A DNA stretch of 61,208 nucleotides, the filler included, from a candidate division TA06 bacterium SM23_40 (lineage in GTDB: Bacteria; LJUI01; SM1-40), in assembly GCA_001303705.1 (NCBI GenBank). It is 5 parts of 5 records of this genome, joined end to end, with 100 filler letters (N's around TTAATTAATTAA, not from the genome) between each part and the next. Parts side by side here need not be neighbours in the genome. Positions count along the whole stretch, not along the records: positions 1 to 18,230 come from LJUI01000039.1; 4 more parts are not named here. The stretch is one strand, 5' to 3'. The notes under the pieces are model-generated. The model was given only the letters and a program-made list of their open reading frames with translations, had not been told where the DNA came from and ran no database searches. Below are positions 1 through 10,088 of the stretch, piece after piece (positions within the stretch are counted from its first letter, which is position 1; every line of letters starts with the position of its first letter). The translations under genes were made by a program, and so were the position numbers.

Positions 1-44
1 CGAGGCCCTTCGGTCTTCTCCGCCGTCTGCTTCCGGTCGAATGA
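1..44 (+). CDS. 3' end of an upstream gene (partial, ...RPFGLLRRLLPVE*)
   Basis: Frame 3 is open up to TGA at 42-44, which overlaps the next ATG (ATGA). The rest of the cluster uses the same coupling. Confidence 0.4.
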   Translation, partial: RPFGLLRRLLPVE

Positions 45-1078
45 GGCGGGACGGGAAGAGCGGGACTGATGCCCGGAAGGTATCGCTCATACGTTGCCAG
101 AAGTGCGTGCTGCCCATCAGCTTTCCCGGCGTCTCGCTCGATGAGCAGGGAGTGTGCAACCACTGCCGCGAGCGTGATCGGAAGGGCTCGGATGAGGGGG
201 CGAGGCGGCAGGTGCGGGAGCGGTTTGAACAATTGGCCGGCGAGGTGAGGGGGAGGCAGACCTACGATTGCCTGGCGGCATACAGCGGAGGAAAGGACAG
301 CTCATACACTCTCTATCTGCTTCGTGTCCGGTTTGGGCTCAACGTGCTCGCCGTCACCTTCGACAACGGATTTCTCGCGCCGCACGCGGTGGTTAACGCG
401 GAGAGGGTCGTTCGCAGGCTGCGCATCGATCATCTCATCTACCGGCCACGGTTCGATGTTCTGCGCAAGGTCTTCGTTGCTGCAGCGAGGGAAGATCTCT
501 TCTCGAAGAAGACGCTCGAGCGAGCGAGCAGTGTGTGCACGGCATGTATGTCGTTCGCCAAGTTCGGATTCATGCGCCTGGCGGTCGAGCGACAGATTCC
601 GTTTGTCGTGTACGGGTGGTCCCCGGGGCAGGCTCCGCTCACCGCTGCCCTGTTCAGGCACAACGGCCCCCTGCTGCGTCGAATGCAGGACGCAGTCAAG
701 GGCCCTCTGGAGGGGGCGACGGGCGAGGACCTCTCTCCGTACTTCCTGGAGGAAGGGCACTTCGCGACAGGGGAGTGGCCGTACAACGTCAGCCCTCTGG
801 GATTCATGGACTATGACGAAGAACAGGTCCTGAGTGTCATCGGCTCGCTCGGTTGGGAGCGTCCCTCCGGGGTCGACGCCAACTCGACGAATTGCCTTCT
901 CAATTCGTTCTCGAACCAGGTGCACCTCGAGAGACTGGGTTTCCACCCCTACGCACTCGAGCTCGCGAACCTTGTGCGCGAAGGCATCCTGTCGCGCGAC
1001 GAGGCAGTCGCTCGCCTCGAGGCCCCGGAAGATCCAGAGACAGTGATAACGGTCAGAAAGAGGTTGGGACTCGATTGA
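41..1078 (+). CDS. PP-loop ATP pyrophosphatase, N-acetyl-sugar amidotransferase (WbpG/LPS biosynthesis)-like
   Basis: N-terminal CxxC...CxxC (RCQKC, GVCNHC), PP-loop SGGKDS, AVTFDNGF, CTAC and STNC; sits in a polysaccharide cluster. Confidence 0.75.
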   Translation: MRRDGKSGTDARKVSLIRCQKCVLPISFPGVSLDEQGVCNHCRERDRKGSDEGARRQVRERFEQLAGEVRGRQTYDCLAAYSGGKDSSYTLYLLRVRFGLNVLAVTFDNGFLAPHAVVNAERVVRRLRIDHLIYRPRFDVLRKVFVAAAREDLFSKKTLERASSVCTACMSFAKFGFMRLAVERQIPFVVYGWSPGQAPLTAALFRHNGPLLRRMQDAVKGPLEGATGEDLSPYFLEEGHFATGEWPYNVSPLGFMDYDEEQVLSVIGSLGWERPSGVDANSTNCLLNSFSNQVHLERLGFHPYALELANLVREGILSRDEAVARLEAPEDPETVITVRKRLGLD

Positions 1079-1145
1079 CGGAAAGACAGGGCGTTGCGAA
1101 GTCGATCTCACGCGGAGTATCGACGCAGCCAGTGCCGAACAGGAG

Positions 1146-2396
1146 ATGGTGATGGTGTACACGCTGATGCTACTGATGATGATGAATATGTGGCTCGTGC
1201 CTGTATCCGAGAATGTAGAAGTCCAGATCGCCGCCACGAACGATCCCAATGCTACGCTCGGCATTCCCAGGCACAAGGTCCATGTGTCGCAGAGCAATCC
1301 GGGTCAGTGGTGGGTGCTGTATGGCAAGCCGAGCGGCAACCTCAAAATGAGCACCGATAGGGGACAGACATGGACGGGCCTCGAACCGGATGCGATCACC
1401 GTCTGGGAATGGCTCGACTATCACGCCGAGATGGCGGGAGATGATGAAGGGAATCTCCACTTTACCTTCCCCGAACCGGCCGCCCACACACAGCTATACA
1501 GGCGGATGGACGCGCCGGCGCGGACTCGGAGCGACCTCCGTGCGGCGGTGACCCTGGCCGATCTGACGCCGGGCAATTGGAACCGCGGCTCGATACTCGT
1601 TGATGGCAGCACGGTGTGGGTATTCAGTCGATCGTCATATGCGGCGGCGGGGAATGTGCGGTACCACCGATCTACGGATGGAGGCATCACCTGGTATGCG
1701 ACACCGGAGGATTCCGGGTATGTGCGGCAGACCGGATGCTCGAATGTACGGATAGGGTCTGTAGAGTACATGGGCAAGCCGACGGTAGTCATCTGGTACG
1801 ACGGTGAGGGGTACCGCTACTACGTGCGGGAAGGGTCGAATTGGGTGGGGCATCCGGATTCGACGATCTACTGGGGCACATGCACGCGCCAGTTCAGTAT
1901 CTCGGTCATCGCCGACAGCACCTTTCATATCGTGTGGCAGGATACGGATGACTCCGGCCTGCTCCGGCATGCGTGGAAGCATTTCTCCGGTGGCACCGGC
2001 GAGTGGCATTACGGGATCGTCGACGAGAACCCGGGAAATGGCAATTTTCTCCCGATGCTCACCCGGTCGGGGACGACGCTCTACGTCGTCTACTCGCGCC
2101 TGGTCGGACAGAGGTACGAGCGTGCGATCTGCTACAGAGTGTGGAACGGAAATAACTGGAGCATCGTACCCCTCAGAGTGTCGCGGCTGAGCGATAACTG
2201 CCTCCACCCCAACGCTCCGCCGAGCGTGCCGCCGGAAGCGAACCATATCCCGGTCGTCTGGACCGCGGGTGCGAATGCGCCGTACAGAGTGATGTGCGGC
2301 AGAATGCCCGTCACACCGGTTCGAAGCATAAACGGGGCGACGTCGGGCTCAGGAGCTCGGATCCCTCGGAAAAAGCCAGAGAATGATCATGGATGA
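1146..2396 (+). CDS. secreted BNR/Asp-box beta-propeller protein (sialidase-like fold), function unknown
   Basis: Hydrophobic N-terminus, two Asp-box-like motifs (STDRGQTW, STDGGITW), Trp/Tyr-rich beta strands; RBS AGGAG. Confidence 0.55.
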   Translation: MVMVYTLMLLMMMNMWLVPVSENVEVQIAATNDPNATLGIPRHKVHVSQSNPGQWWVLYGKPSGNLKMSTDRGQTWTGLEPDAITVWEWLDYHAEMAGDDEGNLHFTFPEPAAHTQLYRRMDAPARTRSDLRAAVTLADLTPGNWNRGSILVDGSTVWVFSRSSYAAAGNVRYHRSTDGGITWYATPEDSGYVRQTGCSNVRIGSVEYMGKPTVVIWYDGEGYRYYVREGSNWVGHPDSTIYWGTCTRQFSISVIADSTFHIVWQDTDDSGLLRHAWKHFSGGTGEWHYGIVDENPGNGNFLPMLTRSGTTLYVVYSRLVGQRYERAICYRVWNGNNWSIVPLRVSRLSDNCLHPNAPPSVPPEANHIPVVWTAGANAPYRVMCGRMPVTPVRSINGATSGSGARIPRKKPENDHG

Positions 2397-3282
2397 GCAT
2401 CCGTTCCATTTCTCGTGCAATGGATCGAGGATCTTCGCGATCCTCCACTCACCAGAGCAGAGGGCCGGTGGGGAGTCGGGAAAAGGGTACATCTTCTGCG
2501 CGCCGCTCGGTGAGGAGCAGGTACGGACACGGCGCATATTCACCACCTTCGCGCGTGAACTCGCGCGGCGCGGGTCCTGGGTACTGCGGTTCGACTACCG
2601 GGGCGAAGGTGACAGCGATGGCCACTTCGAGGACGCGAGCCTCGAGACACGGGTCGAAGACGTGCGTGCGGCGATCTCGGAACTTCGTCGGCGGGCAGGT
2701 GTCGAGCGAGTAGGGTTGCTGGGTTTGCGGTTGGGAGGAACGCTCGCCCTGCTCGCCGGTGCGGAGCGCGGGGAGGTAGAGGATCTCGTTCTCTGGGCGC
2801 CGATCGTCGACATCTACGGCTACCTGTACAGTGCTCTCCGGGCGAATCTTGCCACGCAGACCCTCGTCTATCGCGAGATTCGAGCGACGAGGGACGAACT
2901 CCTCGAACGTTGTCGCCGGGGGGAGCCGGTGAACGTCCAGGGGTTTCTCTTCACCTGGGCGCTGTTCGAGCAGGCGAGGGCGATCGATCTCTCACAACAT
3001 GCGCAACAGTATCGTGGCCGGTCGCTCGTGATCGACCTTGCCAGGTCAACAAGAGACGTGGGCGGGGACGGCAATCGGAGCGAGGCACGATGCCTCTATG
3101 AGTGGCTCGCGGCGAGCGGCGTGAGCGATCTGATGTCGATCCAGCGCGAATTCTCGTGGGAGGAGACGCCGACGTGGAACCCGAGGCCCGAAAGGCTCTT
3201 CTCACAAACTCTGGAATGGGTCGACGCCTGTCGACAGCCGAAGAAGGTTGAATATGGAACACCCCGTCCAGTTTCTGAGTGA
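2383..3282 (+). CDS. alpha/beta hydrolase, 'exosortase A system-associated hydrolase 2'-like
   Basis: PLGEE, LRFDYRGEGDSDG, and nucleophile elbow GLRLG (no Ser). Confidence 0.8.
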   Translation: MIMDEHPFHFSCNGSRIFAILHSPEQRAGGESGKGYIFCAPLGEEQVRTRRIFTTFARELARRGSWVLRFDYRGEGDSDGHFEDASLETRVEDVRAAISELRRRAGVERVGLLGLRLGGTLALLAGAERGEVEDLVLWAPIVDIYGYLYSALRANLATQTLVYREIRATRDELLERCRRGEPVNVQGFLFTWALFEQARAIDLSQHAQQYRGRSLVIDLARSTRDVGGDGNRSEARCLYEWLAASGVSDLMSIQREFSWEETPTWNPRPERLFSQTLEWVDACRQPKKVEYGTPRPVSE

Positions 3283-4183
3283 GGCCGGTCACCGGTTGAT
3301 GGGAATCCTGCACGTTCCTCACGGACCGGGGCGGCCGGCGGGGTATGGCCTCGTCCTGCTCAACATCGGGCTCCACTACCGCGTCTGCCACAACCGCCTG
3401 TTTGTGAAGCTGGCGAGAGCTCTGTCGCGAGAGGGATACCACGTCCTCCGCTTCGACACACACGGCGTCGGGGACAGCGAGGGTGAGATCGAGGCTGGAT
3501 CTGTCCTGGTCCACTTCGATCGCGTCCAGAGAGGACTCTTCGTCCCGGACACCCGCGCAGCGCTCGACCACCTGTCCCGGGAACTGGGGCTGGAGCGGTT
3601 TGTTCTCGCCGGGTTGTGCGGCGGGGCGCTCACGGCAATCCACACTGCTGCCGAGGATCGACGTGTACAGGGAGTCATCTTCATCGCAGGGCCGATGACT
3701 GTGACATCTCCCACCGAGGACCGGGAGTTCCACCCGTGGGAGGCCGGTCAGTGGCTCGCTGGATACAGGGCGAGGCTCCGTAACCCTCGTGCATGGGCGC
3801 GCCTCGTCTCCGGGAAGAGCGACTATGGGATGATGGTCAGAGCGCTCGCCGTCAAGATGCACCATCGCTGGTGCCAGATGTGGACCGGGTCCGCACTGGG
3901 CCGGCCGGGAGCAGCGCCGGGCGGACACTTCAATACGCACTATCTCGACTCATTCCAACGCTTCGTGGGGAGGGGAGGGAAGGTGTTGTTCGTCTTCCCC
4001 GAGCTCGATAAGACGGCAGAGGAATTCGAGATCTATTTCGACAAGCCAATACTCACGCAAACGCGCGCGTTCGAGGGGAAGTACGAGATCCTCAGGATCG
4101 AGCGTGCCAATCACTCATTCACGCTCGCAGAGTCCCAGGAGCGACTGAGGGATGGTGTTCTGACGTGGCTTCGCACAGCATGA
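3254..4183 (+). CDS. alpha/beta hydrolase, 'exosortase A system-associated hydrolase 1'-like (Cys at elbow)
   Basis: LRFDTHGVGDSEG, GLCGGA, C-terminal ANHSF His; overlaps the preceding hydrolase gene. Confidence 0.8.
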   Translation: MEHPVQFLSEAGHRLMGILHVPHGPGRPAGYGLVLLNIGLHYRVCHNRLFVKLARALSREGYHVLRFDTHGVGDSEGEIEAGSVLVHFDRVQRGLFVPDTRAALDHLSRELGLERFVLAGLCGGALTAIHTAAEDRRVQGVIFIAGPMTVTSPTEDREFHPWEAGQWLAGYRARLRNPRAWARLVSGKSDYGMMVRALAVKMHHRWCQMWTGSALGRPGAAPGGHFNTHYLDSFQRFVGRGGKVLFVFPELDKTAEEFEIYFDKPILTQTRAFEGKYEILRIERANHSFTLAESQERLRDGVLTWLRTA

Positions 4184-5178
4184 GGCGATCGGTCGCCGTC
4201 TGTATTGTTAACTGGAACGGCGGTGACCTGATCCGACAGTGTATCAGGTCGGTCCGTGGTGGGCGCGATCTTCACCGCGAGGTCGTTGTCGTCGACAACG
4301 CATCGCGCGACGGGAGCCCGGATCGGATCGCCCTCGAGTTTCCCGATGTGCGGCTCATCCGAAACCGGGAGAACATAGGGTTCGCCCGGGCGAATAACCA
4401 GATGCTGCGCCAACTCACCGCCGACTACTTCCTCCTCCTCAATCCTGATGCGGTCCTCATGCCCGGCGCACTCGAACGCATGGTCGAGTTCATGGATGCT
4501 CATCCGCGCGCCGGAGCGTGCAGTCCGCTCGTCGTCGACGAAAGTGGTGGAGACCAGTGGGTTCCCACTCGATTTCCGACGGTGTGGGGCGAGCTCTGTT
4601 ACTGCGCCACGTTCCTCCTGGCCCCGCTCTCCTGGGTACTTTGCCGCTGGAGGGCATATGGCCGCGAGCGAGTGTGGAGGAGCGTGTGCGGAGACGGACG
4701 GCAGGGGATCCGGGTCGATGTTCTCAACGGGGCATGCCTCCTCGTCCGTCGCCAGGCACTGGTCCAGATCGGGCCGCTCGAGGAGCGCTTCTTCCTCTTC
4801 TCAGAGGAGGCCGACTGGTGCCGGCGCATGCAGCTGGCAGGATGGGGTCGGTACTGGATCCCGTCCGCGACGGTCGTGCATCTGGTTGGCAGGAGCCGGG
4901 CCCATCTCCCGGAGGCGAGCGGGGCGGTCCACTTCTATCGGAGCCGCGTGCTCCTGTTCGCGATCCACCGCGGCCGGCTCCAGGCGGAGATCGTGCACAG
5001 TCTCTATCGCCTCTCCTGGCGGTGGAACATACTGGTCGGGATGGTCGGCGGAATGGTGCGGCCGGGGCGGCGGGCGGCGGACGAGCGGATCGCGCATTAT
5101 CGAACTCTGGCCAGTGAACTGAGCCGCAGCGACGGCGATACGCACAGGATAGGCCGGCAGACGAGGCAGGGGCGGTAA
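4180..5178 (+). CDS. glycosyltransferase family 2
   Basis: IVNWN, VVDNASRDGS, NIGFARANN, LLLNPD, GACLLVR and EEADWC; ATGA overlap at 4180. Confidence 0.92.
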   Translation: MRRSVAVCIVNWNGGDLIRQCIRSVRGGRDLHREVVVVDNASRDGSPDRIALEFPDVRLIRNRENIGFARANNQMLRQLTADYFLLLNPDAVLMPGALERMVEFMDAHPRAGACSPLVVDESGGDQWVPTRFPTVWGELCYCATFLLAPLSWVLCRWRAYGRERVWRSVCGDGRQGIRVDVLNGACLLVRRQALVQIGPLEERFFLFSEEADWCRRMQLAGWGRYWIPSATVVHLVGRSRAHLPEASGAVHFYRSRVLLFAIHRGRLQAEIVHSLYRLSWRWNILVGMVGGMVRPGRRAADERIAHYRTLASELSRSDGDTHRIGRQTRQGR

Positions 5179-6680
5179 TGAGGGAATTTCTCAAGGGAAT
5201 CGGCAAGCATTCGGTTGTCTACGGCCTGGGGGATATGCTCTCCAAGACGGTGGGGTTCTTCCTCATCCCTCTATACACGCGATACCTGGAGACGTGGGAG
5301 TACGGGACGCTCGAGGTGATGTTCGTCACGCTCAATATCGCCGCGATCTTTGCCCTCCAAGGGATGGCGAGCGCGCTGATTCGCGCTTACCTCTTCGACC
5401 ACACTGACAGCGAAGCAACACAGCGCCAGGTGCTGAGCACGGGGTTTTTCTATCTCGCCGGGTCATGTGCGTTCATCTACGGCGGCCTCATCTTCTGGGC
5501 GCCGGCCATATCCCGGCTCCTGTTGCGCTCGACGGAATGGGCAGGCCTGTTGCGCTGGGTCTTCCTGACTGGCTTCCTGACGACGGTGTCGTACGTATCG
5601 TTCGCCTATCTCCGTGCCCGCGTGAAGTCCGCGGCGTTCGTCAGCATCAAGCTCTTCTCTGCTGTGCTCAACATTTCGCTCAACATCTATCTGGTCGTCG
5701 TCGTCGGTCTGGGGTTGGCGGGGATCATCTACAGTAATTTTATCGCAGCGCTTGCCGTCTTCATCATCGGGCTCGTGGTGCTCCGCCACCAGCTCGTACT
5801 CCGGATCGATATCGAGAAGCTACGCGGCATGCTCAGCTACGGACTGCCTCTCGTTCCCACAGGTCTGGCGCTCTGGATCCTGGCGGTCTCCGACCGCTAC
5901 TTTCTCCAGTTCTTCTCTACACAGGGGGAGGTCGGCCTCTATTCGCTGGGAGATAAATTCGCGCATATCTTCAGCGTGATGCTCGTCCACCCATTCACCC
6001 TCGTCTGGTCGGCGTTCTATTTTCCGCTCGCGCGCCAGCCTCACGCACGTGAGACATTGGGGCGGTTCCTCAGTTACTTTGTCGCGGCCGCGGGGTTCGT
6101 CGGAATCGGTGTGGCTGCGGGCTCAAACATCCTCATCCGCCTCGCGGCGCCGCCGGAATACTGGCGGGCCCGGGGGGTCGTTGCGCCGCTCGTCGCCTCC
6201 GGTGCTCTCTTCGCGGTGATTCTCGTCCTCGATGCCGGGATCGGGATCACGAAAAAGACGAAGTACCTGCCCCCCATAGTCATGAGTGCAGCCGCGGTCA
6301 ACATGGGGCTCAACGGGCTCCTCATTCCGCGGTGGGGGATGATGGGAGCGGCCTGCGCCACGCTGGGATCGAACATGGTCTACTGCACCATCGCCTATGT
6401 GGTGAACCAACGTCTGTACCCGGTGCCGCACGACTGGGGCCGCCTCGTGAGGGCAGGAGGAACGTTCATTCTGTTGTTGGCGACCACATATCTCATCGAC
6501 ACGGGTAGCATGGGCCGCGACGTCGCCCTTGCGGCCGGCCTCGTCGCGGCCTACCCGATACTCCTTTTTATCTCTGGATTCTTCACCGAGGACGAGCGAA
6601 GAGCGGCGGTGCAGTCTGCCGTTGCCGCCGCCGGCAGCCTGACCAGGCTCGCCGCGCCGATCCGCGCCCTGTGGGGGTGA
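5178..6680 (+). CDS. wzx: Wzx-type oligosaccharide flippase
   Basis: Multi-pass membrane protein with LIPLYTRYL, SDRYFL, VGLYSLG and LIPRWGMMGAA, typical of MOP-family flippases. Confidence 0.88.
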   Translation: MREFLKGIGKHSVVYGLGDMLSKTVGFFLIPLYTRYLETWEYGTLEVMFVTLNIAAIFALQGMASALIRAYLFDHTDSEATQRQVLSTGFFYLAGSCAFIYGGLIFWAPAISRLLLRSTEWAGLLRWVFLTGFLTTVSYVSFAYLRARVKSAAFVSIKLFSAVLNISLNIYLVVVVGLGLAGIIYSNFIAALAVFIIGLVVLRHQLVLRIDIEKLRGMLSYGLPLVPTGLALWILAVSDRYFLQFFSTQGEVGLYSLGDKFAHIFSVMLVHPFTLVWSAFYFPLARQPHARETLGRFLSYFVAAAGFVGIGVAAGSNILIRLAAPPEYWRARGVVAPLVASGALFAVILVLDAGIGITKKTKYLPPIVMSAAAVNMGLNGLLIPRWGMMGAACATLGSNMVYCTIAYVVNQRLYPVPHDWGRLVRAGGTFILLLATTYLIDTGSMGRDVALAAGLVAAYPILLFISGFFTEDERRAAVQSAVAAAGSLTRLAAPIRALWG

Positions 6681-6687
6681 TACGAAA

Positions 6688-8625
6688 GTGCCCGGATTGT
6701 ACGGATTTATGAGGCGCGAGCCAGTGCCTGAGGAGGCCAATCGAGAGCTCCTCCGGCGCATGGGGTCTGCCCTGAGACATGGACCGACCTATACCCTGGA
6801 CTGGCATTTTGATGAGCGCACCGCGATAGCGACGATTGCGCCTCGGCCGGGAGGAGATACAGCACTCGCATGGGACGGCGACCGGACGGTCTGTGTCGCT
6901 CTGGCAGGTACGTGTTCGTACGCGGGCGGGAATGGAGGGCGAGAAGGGAGGGCGACGCCTTCGGCTCTGGTCCGGACGTGGAGACGTGAAGGTGAGTGCA
7001 TGGCTCCCGGGCTGCGCGGCGAGTTCGTGGTGGGCATCCTCGATGCCGGGAAGACGGAAATCACGCTCATCGTCGGTCCATTCGGCCTGCGCCGCCTGTA
7101 CTATGCCGTCACTCCGCACATTGTGCTCTTCGCACCAGAGGTGAAGGCGATCCTCGCCTGCCGAGAGGTAGAGCGGGAAGTCGATGATGTTGCGATCGCA
7201 GACCTCGTGAGTCTCTCCTATGTCCTGGGTGAAAGGACACTCTTTCGCGCAATATCTCGTGTTCCGGCCGGGACGATGCTCAGGATCAGTCCGGCCGGCG
7301 TCGATCAGAAAACGTACGTACAGCCTGGGTATGGTGGGAGGGTGGATGCAGCTGGCGAGGAGGAGGCGGTCGGGGAGGGTGAAGCGGTGGTGGAGGTGAT
7401 CCGCCTCCTCCGCCAGGCTGCGGCACGGCAGGTTGCAGGCGCGGCCAGGGTCGGTGTCTCTCTCAGTGGGGGACTCGATTCCCGGCTCGTCCTCGCTCTG
7501 GCCCGTGAGGAGGCGAGCGACGTCGGCGCGTATACATTTGGCACCTACCGCAATGAAGAACGAAAGATCGCGCAGACGGTGGCCGAGGCTGCGGGAGCCG
7601 ATGACTACTCGTGGCTCCCGTTGCGGGCTGACCGCCTTCCCGAAGAGCTGACCGCCGCGGTCTGGATGACTGACGGGATGATCGAGGCGACCTCCGGTCG
7701 TACGCTCAACTCGATACGCGAGCAGGCGGGGAGGCGGGACATGCTTCTCGTCGGCCTGTACGGGGAGAGCATCCTGGGGGGAGACAAGTTCACGGACGAG
7801 GAGATACGCACCGACCTCTCTCTGGACGAGGAGCTCGCCGGGATCGAGCGGGGGCTCGGCCTCCAGCACAACCTGCCACTCTGGCAGCACATCTTCGATG
7901 CAGGCGTAATCCGGGCATTCGAAGATCGAGTGCGCGGAGATATCGCTAAAGAATATGCGCGTTCGCGTGGGGTCTCACCCTTCTTCTCGGATCGAAAGGA
8001 CCACTTCTTCCTGATGCACCGCGCCCGGCGCTATCTCGGCGAGGCGTGTCTGGAGAGTTACTTCGCCTCTGATGGGTTCCTCTTCTTCGACTACGATCTG
8101 GTCTCCTATCTTCTTTCGCTCCCACCGGCAGTACGCGCGAAACACCGTCTCTATGCACAAGTCATGGCCCGGGCCTGCCCTGTCCTGGCGGGCATCCCCT
8201 GGCAGCGAACCGGAGCACCTGTGTATGCCCGGGCACCTCGAACGCGGCGGTGGCGGCGAGTGGTGTCGGGTCGATTCCGGGATCTGACCCGGAAGGCGAG
8301 TCTGGGAGGAATCGACCTGCCCGATCCCTCGCGGGCCACGGACTTCGATCGCTGGTATCGCGTCTCACATCTCTTCCGCCGGTTTGTCCGCGATGCGCTG
8401 CTCGATCGTGGAGCAGTCTGTCGTCCGTGGTACAGACCGGGAGGGGCTGAGAGACTCCTCCGCTGGCAGGATGCGGGAAAGAATTACTCATTCCTCATAT
8501 CGAGACTTCTGGCGCTCGAGCTCTATTGGCGCGAGCTCGGCAGGCGGGGACTGGACGGGGAGGTCGATCCGGGGACGGCGAGATCCGAGCGAGGAATGAT
8601 GAAGGGAGGAACGACCAGGGTATGA
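6688..8625 (+). CDS. asparagine synthetase-like amide ligase lacking the N-terminal catalytic Cys
   Basis: Ntn-like N-domain (FGLRRLYY, FAPEVKAIL) plus PP-loop LSGGLDSR; starts MPGLYG instead of MCGI. Confidence 0.82.
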   Translation: MPGLYGFMRREPVPEEANRELLRRMGSALRHGPTYTLDWHFDERTAIATIAPRPGGDTALAWDGDRTVCVALAGTCSYAGGNGGREGRATPSALVRTWRREGECMAPGLRGEFVVGILDAGKTEITLIVGPFGLRRLYYAVTPHIVLFAPEVKAILACREVEREVDDVAIADLVSLSYVLGERTLFRAISRVPAGTMLRISPAGVDQKTYVQPGYGGRVDAAGEEEAVGEGEAVVEVIRLLRQAAARQVAGAARVGVSLSGGLDSRLVLALAREEASDVGAYTFGTYRNEERKIAQTVAEAAGADDYSWLPLRADRLPEELTAAVWMTDGMIEATSGRTLNSIREQAGRRDMLLVGLYGESILGGDKFTDEEIRTDLSLDEELAGIERGLGLQHNLPLWQHIFDAGVIRAFEDRVRGDIAKEYARSRGVSPFFSDRKDHFFLMHRARRYLGEACLESYFASDGFLFFDYDLVSYLLSLPPAVRAKHRLYAQVMARACPVLAGIPWQRTGAPVYARAPRTRRWRRVVSGRFRDLTRKASLGGIDLPDPSRATDFDRWYRVSHLFRRFVRDALLDRGAVCRPWYRPGGAERLLRWQDAGKNYSFLISRLLALELYWRELGRRGLDGEVDPGTARSERGMMKGGTTRV

Positions 8626-10088
8626 AGCGTCTGTTGCTTATCAGCTATGCCTTCCCGCCGATGGCTGCGGTGGGAGGCCATCGAACGGTCAAGTTCGCCA
8701 AGTTCCTCCCTGAATTCGGGTGGGAGCCGACAGTCCTGACCGTACGCTCGGGGTTCAACTACGCCTACGACCCCAGCCTGCTCGACGATCTCCCGGGATC
8801 ATTGAAAGTGCTGAGGACCCCGTCTATGGAGCCGCTCCGCTGGTGGGAGGGTCGAAAAGGGAGGGAGACCGAGTATGCATCAGGCGAGGAGGTCGACCGG
8901 TGGGGGAGTTCGCTCCCTACGGGATCGGAAACGGAATGTTCTTGCAGCGCGGTCGGGGGCCCGGCGAGAGATATGGGGAGAGCAGCGCGCGGGATCAAGC
9001 AGCTGGCCCGGGACCTTCTCACCACGCCTGATGAGCAGGTGTGGTGGATACCGTTTGCGGTGGCGGCCGGGCTGAAGGCAGTCGCGGACGGCATCGACGT
9101 CATCTATACCACAAGTCCTCCCCACTCCACGCATCTCGCCGGTTGGCTTCTCTCATTGCTCACCGGAAAGCCGTGGGTGGCAGATTTTCGGGATCTATGG
9201 ACGTCGAACATCCATTTTCTCCCGTCGCGGCGCGGCGGGAAGAGGGAGAGGGTAGAGCGATGGCTCGAGGCGCGTCTGTTGCGTGATGCTGCAGCGATCA
9301 TCACTACTTCTGAGAAGTCGCGCGAGCTGCTCTCTTCGCAGATAGGTGGGAATGGACGGGCAGATCGCGAGGCCCGCACCCGGTGGTTCACTATCACGAA
9401 CGGATTCGATCCGGACGATTTCGCTGATGCCGTAGAGGAGGGAGGTCGAGGCGTACAGCCCGGCTCGCTCAGTCCACGCGACTGGGGCCTCCTGCGCGAG
9501 AGGGATGGCGGCAGGTTCATCATCACCTTTCTCGGCAGCCTGTACGGCGACCGGCGCCCTGACCTGCTCCTTGCCGGTCTGAGGGAGTGGTTCCGCACCG
9601 AGCCCGAGGTACGGCCATTCGTGCGGGTGAAGCTTGTGGGGAATAAGTCCCCGGATATCGAGGGCCGGCTCAGTCTCGGTGAGCTCGTGGGATCGATCGA
9701 CATATCTGGTCACCTGCCGCACCGCAAGGCCCTCGCGTTATTGAGGCGCTCGAACCTGTTGCTGCTGTTGCTGGGCGGAGGAGAGGAGAACGGGGGGGTC
9801 ATACCTGCGAAGCTTTTCGAATATCTCTATGTCGGGCAGCCCATCCTGGCGCTGGTGCCGGAGGGAGAGGCAGCTATGCTTGTCCGGCTGCTTGCCCGTG
9901 GAAGCGTGGTCACCGAAGAGAGTCCGCAGGCCGTTGCCCGTGAGCTGCGGTACTGGTATCGCGCCTGGCGGGGGGAGATCGATCCGCCTCCTACGGATGG
10001 CGGGGGCCTGCTCTCTCTCTATGAGCGAAGGAACTGTACGTCCATGCTGGCGAGGGTGCTGGAGTATGTACGAAAAGACAATAGATAG
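8622..10088 (+). CDS. glycosyltransferase family 4
   Basis: LISYAFPP, TTSPPHS, WVADFRDLW, ITNGFD and PAKLFEY; ATGA overlap. Confidence 0.9.
   Translation: MKRLLLISYAFPPMAAVGGHRTVKFAKFLPEFGWEPTVLTVRSGFNYAYDPSLLDDLPGSLKVLRTPSMEPLRWWEGRKGRETEYASGEEVDRWGSSLPTGSETECSCSAVGGPARDMGRAARGIKQLARDLLTTPDEQVWWIPFAVAAGLKAVADGIDVIYTTSPPHSTHLAGWLLSLLTGKPWVADFRDLWTSNIHFLPSRRGGKRERVERWLEARLLRDAAAIITTSEKSRELLSSQIGGNGRADREARTRWFTITNGFDPDDFADAVEEGGRGVQPGSLSPRDWGLLRERDGGRFIITFLGSLYGDRRPDLLLAGLREWFRTEPEVRPFVRVKLVGNKSPDIEGRLSLGELVGSIDISGHLPHRKALALLRRSNLLLLLLGGGEENGGVIPAKLFEYLYVGQPILALVPEGEAAMLVRLLARGSVVTEESPQAVARELRYWYRAWRGEIDPPPTDGGGLLSLYERRNCTSMLARVLEYVRKDNR

Noticed and set aside
6583-7890. Long antisense or alternate-frame ORFs (also 14443-15840, 18891-20243, 21715-23022, 29812-31128, 41299-42837, 56600-57892)
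   Set aside because: They overlap well-supported genes, lack motifs, and are expected shadows in GC-rich DNA.
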